This document shows, piece by piece, positions 39,581-48,700 of a stretch of DNA of 64,000 bases. The position numbers and the translations under genes were made by a program. The DNA comes from an uncultured Acidobacteriota bacterium. Its GTDB lineage: Bacteria; Acidobacteriota; Thermoanaerobaculia; Multivoradales; JBCCEF01. The stretch is from positions 623,753 to 687,752 of the forward strand of contig CAWJJM010000012.1 in assembly GCA_963843275.1 (NCBI GenBank), written 5' to 3'. The first letter of the stretch is position 1; each line of letters opens with the position of its first letter. The notes under the pieces were generated by a model. It was not told the DNA's origin. It did not search any database and saw nothing but the letters and a program-made list of their open reading frames with translations.

Positions 39581-39708
39581 GACGCAGCGCCTCCCTCCGG
39601 GGTTGCTGGGAGCCGAGTCTATCGCACCGGCGTGCCGTGCCGCGGCGCGGGTTTCGACGCTCTGCGGCATGGCGGGCGGAGCCCGGAAAAGGGCCGTCCG
39701 GCGGGTGG

Positions 39709-41346
39709 TCAGGGGGCGCTGACGACCAGCGCGCCGGCCGCGGGCAACCGCTCGAGGGAGGTTTCCTCGCCCGCCGGCCAGCGCACCCGCAGCCGCCGCG
39801 GCCGGGCCCTTCCGAGCCCGAAGGTGACGACCGGCTCGCTGGCCGACAGGTAGGAGCCGCTGGGGTCGAGGCGGCGGACCAGCCGGTGCCCGTCGTCGCG
39901 TTCGAGCTCGATCCGGACGCCGATCCCGGCGCGGTTGTCGGCGCCGCCGCGCAGGGTGACCCGCAGCGACCTGCCGCCGGCGGTGTCGTTGCGCAGGATC
40001 GCCGGCGGGCCGCCGTTCTGCGACAGCACCAGGTCGAGATCGCCGTCGCCGTCGAGGTCTCCCGCCGCCAGCCCGCGGCCCACCCAGCGCCCGGCCACCG
40101 CGCCGGGGACGGGGGCGAAGCGGCCGCCCCCGAGGTTGCGGAACACCTGCAGCGGTTGCTTCCAGGTCTCGGCGCCGGCGCTGTCCCCCTCGATGCCGGG
40201 CTCGATGTGGCCGTTCGCCACCACCAGGTCGAGCCGTCCGTCGAGGTCGAGGTCGACCGCGAGGACACCGAAGCCGAGCGGCAGGTGGGTCGCCAGCCCG
40301 ACGCCGGACTCCGCCGCCACGTCGCGGAAGCCGCCGGGCTCGGCGCGGAAGATGCCGGCAGACTCCCGCGCGAAGTTGGCGACCACCAGGTCCTCGCGGC
40401 CGTCGCCGTCGAGGTCGCCGGCGGCGATCCCCATGCCGCCGCGGGCGACCCCCGACGCGCCCAGCGCGAAGCCGCTCGCGGCGGCGTCCTCGCGGAACCC
40501 GTCCGGCGTCGCCAGGAAGAGCTGGTTGACGGTGGTGTCGTCGGCCAGCGCCACATCGAGGCGGTCGTCGCCGTCGGCGTCGAGCAGGGCGATGCCCAGG
40601 GCCTTGCCGGGGGCGGCGGCGAAGGCGGAGCCGGCGGTGCGGTCGGCGAGGCCGCCGTCGCCGGTGAGCAGCAGCCGGCTGGGCACCGGCGGGTAGGCCT
40701 CCGGGGTGCAGTAGACGCGCCGGCCGGCGAGCGTGCAGGGGCGGTCGGCGCCCGGGCTCCAGGCGACGTAGCGGGCGATCACGGCGTCGAGACGGCCGCG
40801 GCGGTCGCCGTCGAAGAAAGCGGCGCTGGTGGAGAACCCCGGAGGCGGCGGGTCGAAGGCGGCGGCGCCGGCGGCGGCGAAGCGCAGGTCGCCGCGGCCG
40901 AGCCACAGCTCGTCGCCGTCGAGGCCCGTCACCAGGAGATCGAGGTGCCCGTCGCCGTCCCAGTCCGCCACCGTCAGCCCCATGGCGTGGCGGCGGGAGG
41001 CGACCGCGCCGGGGACCTCCGCGAAGCGAAGCCCGCCGAGGTTGTGCCACAGCGAGACGCCACCCCCCGCTCCGTCGATCGGGCCGAGGTCGGCGAAGGC
41101 GATCTCCGGCAGGCCGTCGCCGTCGGCGTCGAACACCGCCACGCCGGAGCCCATCGTCTCCGGCAGACGGCGGGCGGGCGAGCGCCCGGCGTCGTGGACG
41201 AAGGTGATGCCGCTCGCCGCCGTCGCGTCGGCGAGCGCGATGAGCGCCGTTTCCGCCGGGGCGGCCGGGGCGGCGGGCGGCGTCCCGCAGGCCGCCAGCA
41301 GCGCTGCGCCGGCGGCGGCCGCGCACCCCGCGACGGCCCGCCTCAC
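39709..41346 (-). CDS. CRTAC1-family lipoprotein (FG-GAP/VCBS repeats plus ASPIC/UnbV C-terminal domain)
   Basis: GTG 41346 overlaps the upstream stop (GTGA). It has a lipobox (ALLAAC) and repeated DADGDG/DLDGDG FG-GAP motifs. The C-terminal RAGIGVRIELE..LDPSGSYLSASEPVVTFGLG is typical of UnbV_ASPIC. Confidence 0.85.
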   Translation of the reverse strand: MRRAVAGCAAAAGAALLAACGTPPAAPAAPAETALIALADATAASGITFVHDAGRSPARRLPETMGSGVAVFDADGDGLPEIAFADLGPIDGAGGGVSLWHNLGGLRFAEVPGAVASRRHAMGLTVADWDGDGHLDLLVTGLDGDELWLGRGDLRFAAAGAAAFDPPPPGFSTSAAFFDGDRRGRLDAVIARYVAWSPGADRPCTLAGRRVYCTPEAYPPVPSRLLLTGDGGLADRTAGSAFAAAPGKALGIALLDADGDDRLDVALADDTTVNQLFLATPDGFREDAAASGFALGASGVARGGMGIAAGDLDGDGREDLVVANFARESAGIFRAEPGGFRDVAAESGVGLATHLPLGFGVLAVDLDLDGRLDLVVANGHIEPGIEGDSAGAETWKQPLQVFRNLGGGRFAPVPGAVAGRWVGRGLAAGDLDGDGDLDLVLSQNGGPPAILRNDTAGGRSLRVTLRGGADNRAGIGVRIELERDDGHRLVRRLDPSGSYLSASEPVVTFGLGRARPRRLRVRWPAGEETSLERLPAAGALVVSAP

Positions 41347-42749
41347 GCCTCCTCCCCGGGCGGGCGCCAGTCCATCAGGTCGTGCTTGCGCAGGTAGTAG
41401 GCGAGGTTCCGCTCGTCGACGTCGAGCAGGCGCGCGGCGGCCTTGCGGACCCCCCCGGCGCGCTCGAGCGCCTCGACCAGGACGGAGCGCTCGGCGGCGA
41501 GGAGCCGGGCGCGCAGGCGCAGGTCGGGGATCCTGCCGTCGCCGCCCGCCGCCGGGCCGGCGGGGCCACCCCCCTCCTCCGGGCGCACGGCGAAGGGCAG
41601 GCTGGCGCGCGAGATCCGCGGCCCGCGCTCGAGCAGCACGGCGCGCTCGAGGACGTTGCGCAGCTCGCGCACGTTCCCGGGCCAGTCGTAGGCCTCGAGC
41701 GCCGCCCGGGCCTCCGGCTCGAGCCCCTCGACCGGGCAGCCGAGCCGCTGGGCGAGCTCGGCGACGAAGGCCTCGGCCAGCGGCTGGATGTCCTCGACGC
41801 GGTGGCGCAGCGGCGGCAGCCGGATCGGCACCACCTTGATGCGGTAGAGCAGGTCGGCGCGGAAGCGGCCCGCGGCCACCTCCGCGTCGAGGTCGACGTT
41901 GGTGGCGCACACCAGGCGCACGTCGGCGCGCGTCGGACGGCTCTCCCCGACCCGTTCGAAGCTGCCGTCCTGGAGCACGCGCAGCAGCTTGGCCTGGGCG
42001 ATCAGCGGCAGCGAGTTGACCTCGTCGAGCACCAGGGTGCCGCGGTCGGCGACCCGGAAGCGGCCGTCGCGGTCGCTCGCGGCGCCGGTGAAGGCGCCGC
42101 GCTTGTGGCCGAAGAGCTCGGACTCGAACAGCTCGGGCGGGATGGCGGCGCAATTGACCACCACCAGCGCCTCGGCGGCGCGCGGTGACAGGCGGTGGAT
42201 GAGGCGCGCCAGCTCCTCCTTGCCGGTCCCCGTCTCCCCCTCGAGCAGCACGGCGCTGTCGCTGGGCGCCACCCGCTCGACCAGCCGCACGACCTCGCGC
42301 CAGGCCGGGGCGTCGCCGATCGGCCGGCGGGCGCCGGCCTCCGCGCCGCCGCGCAGGAAGGCCAGCTCGCGGCCGCGGGCGGCGCGCTCGAGGGCGCGCT
42401 CGAGCGCCACCACCAGGGCGGCCGGCTCGATCGGCTTGGTCAGGTAGTCGGCGGCGCCGGCGCGCAGGCACTCCACCGCCGAGGCGACGGCGCCGTGCGC
42501 GGTCAGCACGATCACCGGCAGCCCCGGGCGGCGCTCGGCGAGGGTGGCGACCAGCTCGCGGCCGTCGAGGCCGGGCATGCGCAGGTCGGTGAGCACCAGA
42601 TCGCACCCTTCGAGCAGCTCCTCGTCGAGCGCGGCGTCGCTCGAGGCGGCGGTGCGGACCTCGAAGCCGCGGCGCTCCAGCAGGGCGGTCAGCGAGTCGC
42701 GGACGTAGTCCTCGTCGTCGACCAGCAGGACGGTGGCGACCGGGCTCAC
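41343..42749 (-). CDS. NtrC-family sigma-54-dependent response regulator
   Basis: GTG 42749 overlaps the kinase stop (GTGA). The REC domain has VLLVDDE..LVLTDLRMPGLDG. The AAA+ module has LLEGETGTGKE, an intact GAFTGA (ESELFGHKRGAFTGA) and GTLVLDEV. The C-terminus is a Fis-type HTH (VRKAAARLLDVDERNLAYYLRKH). Confidence 0.92.
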   Translation of the reverse strand: MSPVATVLLVDDEDYVRDSLTALLERRGFEVRTAASSDAALDEELLEGCDLVLTDLRMPGLDGRELVATLAERRPGLPVIVLTAHGAVASAVECLRAGAADYLTKPIEPAALVVALERALERAARGRELAFLRGGAEAGARRPIGDAPAWREVVRLVERVAPSDSAVLLEGETGTGKEELARLIHRLSPRAAEALVVVNCAAIPPELFESELFGHKRGAFTGAASDRDGRFRVADRGTLVLDEVNSLPLIAQAKLLRVLQDGSFERVGESRPTRADVRLVCATNVDLDAEVAAGRFRADLLYRIKVVPIRLPPLRHRVEDIQPLAEAFVAELAQRLGCPVEGLEPEARAALEAYDWPGNVRELRNVLERAVLLERGPRISRASLPFAVRPEEGGGPAGPAAGGDGRIPDLRLRARLLAAERSVLVEALERAGGVRKAAARLLDVDERNLAYYLRKHDLMDWRPPGEEA

Positions 42750-44302
42750 GGCGCTCCCTCCGCCTCGACCAGGGGCAGGCGGACCACGAAGCGGGCGCCG
42801 GCCCCGGGGCGGTTCTCCGCGCGCAGGCTGCCGCCGTGGCCGGCCACGATCCCGTGGCACACCGAGAGGCCGAGCCCGGTCGAGCCGCGCCCGGAGACGA
42901 AGGGCTCGAAGAGCCGGTCCAGCAGCTCGGGCGGGATCCCCGGCCCGTCGTCGTCGATGGTCATCACGGCGTCGCCGGCGTCGCGGCCCAGGACGACGCG
43001 CGCCGCGCCGCCGGCTCCCTGCGCCTGCGCCGCGTTGACCAGCAGGTTGAGCAGGAGCTGCCCGAGGGCCGGCCGGTCCCCCGCGACCAGGACCGGCGCC
43101 TCCGGCAGCGCCAGGGCGACGGCGAACCCGGCGTGCAGGTCGCTGACGAAGGCGGAGGTCTCGCGCACCACGTCGACGAGGTCGACCGGGTCGTCCGTGT
43201 CGCGACCGGGGGCGGCGAAGGTCAGGGTGCGGCCGACGACGTCGCGGATCCGCTCGAGGCCCTGGCGCAGGCGGGCGGCGGTGTCGAGGGCGCCGCGCGT
43301 CTCGCCGCCGGCCACGTCCTCCTCGAGCAGGGTGAGCCAGGTGGTCATCCCTTCGAGCGGGTTGTTGATCTCGTGGGCGATGCCCGCCGCCAGCCGGCCG
43401 ACGCTGGCCAGCCGCTCGGCGTGCCACACCCGGCGCTCGAGCAGGCGGCGCTCCTCGGCGGCGGCCCGCTCCGCCGCCATCCGGGTCGAGCGCCGCAGGC
43501 TGGCCAGGGCGAGGGCGCCGAGGGCGAACGACGGCACCACCAGGGCGAGGTGCAGCGCCAGGGTCTTGCGGACGTCGGCGGCGAGGGCCTCGACCCGTCC
43601 GAGCAGGGCCCGGCGGCCCTCGCGGCGGTCCAGCCGCCAGGCGACGGCGGGCCGCCACCCGGCCGGGTCGAGCGGGGCGCTGGCGAGGAGCTCGTCGGGT
43701 CCGGCGGGCGGCGGCGCCACGTCGTCGGGCTCGAGGGCCAGGGCGCCGGTGCCGGCGTCGAGCAGGCCGAGGCTGGCGGCGCCGCCGGCGCGGGCCACCA
43801 GCTCGATCCCGGCCGCCACCGGGGTGCGGCGGGTCAGGGGCGCGTCGATCGGCGGGGCGTCCACGGCGAGGACCAGCGGCTCGGCGCCGGCCCGGCCGAT
43901 CCGCACCGCGGTGCCGGCCGGCACCTCGAGGCGCAGCTCGTCGAGCACCGGGTGGCCGGCGGCGAAGAGCAGCAGCGCGCTCTCCCGCTCCAACCGGGCC
44001 CGGCGGGCCACCAGCGGGTCGGCGATCGGGGTGGCGGCGTCCGCCAGCACCTCGCCCCCCGCCAGCACCCCGAGGTCGGCGCGGGCGGCCGCCAGCGCGG
44101 CCTCCAGGCGCCGCGCCTCGACCTCGGCGCGCAGCCCGACCTCCTCCTGCGCGGCGGCGACGGCCTCGCGGCGGGCGCGCACCGCGCCGCGGATGGCGAC
44201 CACGTCGACCACCACCACGGCGACGAGCAGCGCCAGCACGGCCACCGACACCGGCGCGGCGAAGAAACGCATGCGCTGGGACACGACGCCCGATCCTGTC
44301 AC
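42746..44302 (-). CDS. sensor histidine kinase (two TM helices, periplasmic sensor, HisKA, HATPase_c)
   Basis: H-box SVGRLAAGIAHEINNPL. The ATPase G-boxes are DDGPGIP and GSTGLGLSVCHGIVAGHGG. An alternative start is ATG 44272. Confidence 0.85.
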   Translation of the reverse strand: MTGSGVVSQRMRFFAAPVSVAVLALLVAVVVVDVVAIRGAVRARREAVAAAQEEVGLRAEVEARRLEAALAAARADLGVLAGGEVLADAATPIADPLVARRARLERESALLLFAAGHPVLDELRLEVPAGTAVRIGRAGAEPLVLAVDAPPIDAPLTRRTPVAAGIELVARAGGAASLGLLDAGTGALALEPDDVAPPPAGPDELLASAPLDPAGWRPAVAWRLDRREGRRALLGRVEALAADVRKTLALHLALVVPSFALGALALASLRRSTRMAAERAAAEERRLLERRVWHAERLASVGRLAAGIAHEINNPLEGMTTWLTLLEEDVAGGETRGALDTAARLRQGLERIRDVVGRTLTFAAPGRDTDDPVDLVDVVRETSAFVSDLHAGFAVALALPEAPVLVAGDRPALGQLLLNLLVNAAQAQGAGGAARVVLGRDAGDAVMTIDDDGPGIPPELLDRLFEPFVSGRGSTGLGLSVCHGIVAGHGGSLRAENRPGAGARFVVRLPLVEAEGAP

Positions 44303-44395
44303 GGTGCGCCCGCCGGACGCCGCCGGGGGCGGGCCTGGGCGAGAGGCGGCGGCGCGGTCACCGCCGCCTCCCGCCCAGGCGACCCGGATCGCCGG

Positions 44396-45520
44396 CTAGA
44401 AGCGGCGGCTGTAGCTGGCGAGCACCAGGTAATCGGGGAAGGCCGCGTCCCCGTGGGCGCCGCGGGCGCGGTCGGGGACGCTGGTCTGCCGGTTGCGCTG
44501 CACGGCCACCGGCAGGGAGAGGTTGACCGAGTGCACCCCGTGCACCCAGCTCACGGTCGGCTCGACCGAGACCATGTAGCCGGGGCGGCGGAACCCGGTG
44601 CTGGGGCCGATCAGGTCGTGCACGGGGATGCCCTCGATGCGGCCGCCGAGGCCGACGCTCCAGCCGCGCCAGCGCTGCGGCCCGAGCTGCAGGCCGGCGC
44701 GGGCGACGTACTGGTCGGCGATCGACACCACCTCCTCGCCGGGCGCGCTGCGGAAGGTCTTCACTCCGTTGGTGCCCTCCGGCGCCACGATGTAGGTGCC
44801 GGTGGCGTAGGCGGCCAGCGTGTCGGCGGCGTTGAGGAGCCGGTAGCCGCTCGCCTGCAGGATGAGGCCGAAGCCGCCGTCCCCCGGCTGCACGGACTCG
44901 TCGGCGGTGGCGAACGAGACCGTCGTCTCGCCGTCGACGACCCGCGTGCGCGTCCCGATCACCGAGTCGTTGCCGGTGGGGATCTCGATCCCGACCCCGA
45001 GCGACAGGTTTTGCCGCGGGTGGGCGGTGGGGTCCCACACGAGGTGGTGGAAGGTGAACGCGATGTCGCCGATGCCGCGCGGCGTCTCCCGCGTCTCGCG
45101 GCCGACCAGGTTGCGGTCCTCGTCGCGCACCGGGCCGCTGCGGGTGGCCATCAGGTAGGGGAAGCCGACCGCCAGGCTCGAGCGCGGGCTGAGCTGGTAG
45201 AGCAGCTCGAGGTCGAGCAGGTGGACGGTGTTGATCACCTGGCTCCCCTCGCGCTTGCGGTGCACCTGCTCGACGGTGCCGACGAAGTGGCGGTCCGACT
45301 TGCCGTAGCGCCAGCCGGCGGTGATCTGCCACCGCTTGCCGGCGACCGCCGCGTCGAAGGTGGGGTCGAACGAGTGCAGCACCGGGCTGTCCAGCCGGGT
45401 CAGGATGCAGCTCTGCGCCGCCGCCTCCCGGCCGGCGGCGAGAGCGACGACGAGGGCGAGGGCACCCACGGCGAGGCGGCGGCCTCGGCGGGCGCGAACG
45501 GCGAACAGCGGGTCCGTCAT
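44396..45520 (-). CDS. beta-barrel outer-membrane protein (possibly the MetA-pathway/transporter OMP family)
   Basis: ATG 45520 has a GGAGGA SD 10 nt upstream; ORF-track 45523 is a TTG. It has a signal (RLAVGALALVVALAAGREAAA), an alternating beta-strand pattern and a terminal ...LASYSRRF with C-terminal Phe. The family name is tentative. Confidence 0.65.
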   Translation of the reverse strand: MTDPLFAVRARRGRRLAVGALALVVALAAGREAAAQSCILTRLDSPVLHSFDPTFDAAVAGKRWQITAGWRYGKSDRHFVGTVEQVHRKREGSQVINTVHLLDLELLYQLSPRSSLAVGFPYLMATRSGPVRDEDRNLVGRETRETPRGIGDIAFTFHHLVWDPTAHPRQNLSLGVGIEIPTGNDSVIGTRTRVVDGETTVSFATADESVQPGDGGFGLILQASGYRLLNAADTLAAYATGTYIVAPEGTNGVKTFRSAPGEEVVSIADQYVARAGLQLGPQRWRGWSVGLGGRIEGIPVHDLIGPSTGFRRPGYMVSVEPTVSWVHGVHSVNLSLPVAVQRNRQTSVPDRARGAHGDAAFPDYLVLASYSRRF

Positions 45521-45578
45521 CAAAAGGCGGTCCTCCGAATCCCTGAAGACAGCGTGGAGCGGATGTGCCCCGGGGAAT

Positions 45579-45594
45579 AGCCAGAAGCGTGCCA
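45579..45594 (-). promoter_or_regulatory. sigma-54 (-24/-12) promoter upstream of the OMP-kinase-activator-CRTAC1 unit
   Basis: The minus strand reads TGGCAC-gcttc-TGGCT, with a perfect -24 box and exact GG-N10-GC spacing. It lies about 58 nt upstream of ATG 45520. Confidence 0.55.
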
Positions 45595-45790
45595 GCGGGT
45601 GGCCCTGCCACGAACTTCTCGGAACCCTCTGAAAACACGTGGGATCTGGACATCCAGGCGGCGGCCGGTCGAGTCCGGGGCCCGTGATTCCTACGGCCGG
45701 GGACGGGCCGCGGCCATAGGATCTACGGGAACGCGGGGCGGGGTCGCGGTCGCCGCCCGCGCCGCGCGCGGCGCGGCGCGGCGCCTCCCG

Positions 45791-48700
45791 TCACTCGGGA
45801 GGCGGCGGGGTGCGCCCGGAGGCGGCGGCCAGCGCCCGCCCGAGCCGGCGGCGGTCGTGGCGCAGCAGCGTCCGCAGGGCGTCGAGCGCGCCGCGCAGCT
45901 CGCCGTGGCGCACCCGGCGGCCCACCTCGTCGGCGAGGTGGGGCCCGAAGTGCTCCTGCCAGAACCGCCGCCCCGCCTCCAGGTCGGCACGCTCCTCGGG
46001 ACCGCGGAGCCGGTCGCGCTGGGCGGTGAGGACGGCGAGGACCGAGCGCAGCATCAGGGCCGGGTCGCGTGTCATGTTGCCGCCGTGCCGCCGATACTCC
46101 GCGACCACCCCGTGGTGGCAGCACACCGGCGCCACGCGGGCGACGCGCAGGTACATCTCGTAGTCGGCGCAGGCGTCCCAGGTCGAGTCGAAGACCCCCA
46201 CCTGCTCGAGCGCGGCGCGACGGAAGGCCACCACGGCCGGCATCTGCGGGCACCAGCCGCGCAGCAGCGCGGCGTAGCTCGGCTCCGCCGGACACTCGGG
46301 CCCGCGGTGACGCGACGGCGCACCGGTGATGCCGACCAGCCGGGCATGCCCGGTCACCAGCCCGCACTGCGGGCTCGCGGCGAGCGCTTCGAGGGCCGTC
46401 TCCACCGCGTCGGGCAGCAGGAGATCGTCGGCGTCGAGGAAGATCAGCAGGTCGCCGTTGCTGTGGCGGATCCCGGCGTTGCGGGCGGCGGCGAGGCCGG
46501 CGTTGTCCTGGCGCACGCAGCGCACCCCGGGGATCTGCGCCGCCACCTCGCTCGTGCGGTCCGAGGAACCGTCGTCGACCACCACGATCTCCAGGTGGGG
46601 ATAGGTCTGCTCGACGACGCTGTCGAGCGCGTCGGCGAGGAAGCGGGCCTGCTCGAAGCAGGGGATCACCACCGAGACGAGCGGCGCGCGGGCGGCTCCG
46701 GAGCCCACCCAGCGCCGGGCCGCGCGCACCTTCGCCAGGGGCGGGCGGCGCTGGTCGGCGAGCACCGCGCGCACTTCGAGCTGCAGGTCGTCGAGGCCCG
46801 CCGTGCGGACCACCAGCCCGAAGCCGCTGCCCGCCGCCGCGGATCCCAGCGCCGCCGCCACGTCCGGGCGGGCGATGCCGATGGCGCTGCGCGCGACCAC
46901 GCGTCCCCGGTGGCACACCTCGACCGCCGTGGCGGGGACGTCGCGGCCGACGACCCAGCCCTCGATGTCGAGGACGCGGCTGTCGTGACGGTCGCCGACG
47001 CGCGGCAGGTCGAGGCTGCGGCCGGCGAGCGCCGCGGAGTCGAGGGGGAGGACCTCGACCTCGAGGACCTCGAGGACCCGGTGGCGGGCGTCGAGCTCCG
47101 GCCCTGCGGCGAACCGGGGCTCGCCCCCCGGCACCAGGGAGGGATCGAAGCCCATCTCGCCGGCCGCCGAGGTGCGGGCCCAGCGGACGAAGGCGCGGCG
47201 GTGGACGCCACGGGGGTCGGGGAAGACCGCCCGGGCGTCGGGCCGCGCCTCGTAGAGGGCGTCGAGCAGCGGGCTGAGACCCCCCGCGGAGAGGTCCCGG
47301 GTGCAGGCCCACTCGACGAACGAGCTCTCGCCGCTGCGGAAGGGGTCTGCGAAGTCGGCGCGCCGCGCCTCGTCGAGCCGCAGGTAGACGCCGCGCAGCA
47401 GGTCGGGCACCCGGCGGCCGTCGCTGAAGCGTCCGTAGCCGTACTCCCAGGTGCGGCACTCCTCCAGGCCGGCCGCACCGAGCCGGGCCCGATAGTCCGC
47501 CACCAGGTCGTCGAGCGGCGTCCCCGGTTCGATCGAGGTGCGGTTCTGGTCGCGGGGTCGGAAGGCGCCCTCGACCGGGTCGAGGGTGCTGAAGTGGAAG
47601 AAGGCGATGGGGCGTCCCGCCACCGCCCAGCGCTCGCCGATCCGCTCGACCTTGCGTTCCCCCAGGTTCCACTGCGCCACGTTGTAGGTCGGGTCGCGCA
47701 GCAGCACCGCGGAGGCGAAGTAGCTGGGGGCGAGGTCCATCCACTTCTGGTCGACGAACAGCCCCTGCATCGGGTTGTCGCGGCATCCGTCGCGCAGCCG
47801 CTCGCCCCACCAGCCGAGCATCGCGTCGACCTCGTGGCCACGGCGCACGGCGAGGAACCCGAGGTTGTGGACGCCGCCGATGAGCAGGTCGGTCTCGTTC
47901 GGCGACAGCCCGTCCATCGGCAGCGGCGCGAGCAGCTGCGGCGTCAACACGAAGCCCCCGTCGGAGAGCGGGGCGCGGATCTCGTCGAAACGCCGCAGGA
48001 CGAGGACGTCGGGGTCGAGGTAGACGACCTCCTCTTCGCCGTAGTGGTGGAGCAGCAGGGAGAGCAGCGCCGGCTTGACCGCGGTGGCCAGCTCGGTGAC
48101 GCCGTACTTGAAGCGGAACCCGGGGTCGCCGAGAGCGGCGATCTCCTCCGGCGGGACGACGTGCACCCGGTCGATCCCGGGCTCGACCCCCGGCGGCAGG
48201 CCGTCGAGGACAAGGACGTAGCCGCGCCCGTCGGGATGGTGGTCGAGGTACGAGCGCAGCGCCACCCGCGCCTGGGCGAGATAGTTGCGCGCCGCGATGG
48301 TCGCCACCGCTGGGGAGCGGCGGGCGACGCGGGCGCGCCGGGCGCGCGCGGCGCGCCCGGCGAGCAGCGACTCGAGTTCGCGGGCGTCGAGCGACAGCGT
48401 CCAGCGGCGCGGGTCGGAGGGCCGTGCGGGACGTCCGGACGGCGCGGGGAGCGGTCCCGGCCGGCGGTCGCCCTGGCGGGCACGGAGGATGGCGATCGGC
48501 ACCTGCAGCCCGTCGGCGAGGACGGCGCGGACCAGGATGTCGAGGTCCCCCTCGCCCGCGACGGCGACGCGGGCCTGGAAGCCGCTCACGGCCGCCCCGG
48601 GGACCGAGGGGAACGCGGCCGCCACATCGGGGCGGGGGTGGTCGGGCCGCAGGCGTTCGCGGACCCTCCCGCCGACGACGATCTCGATCCGTTCGACCGC

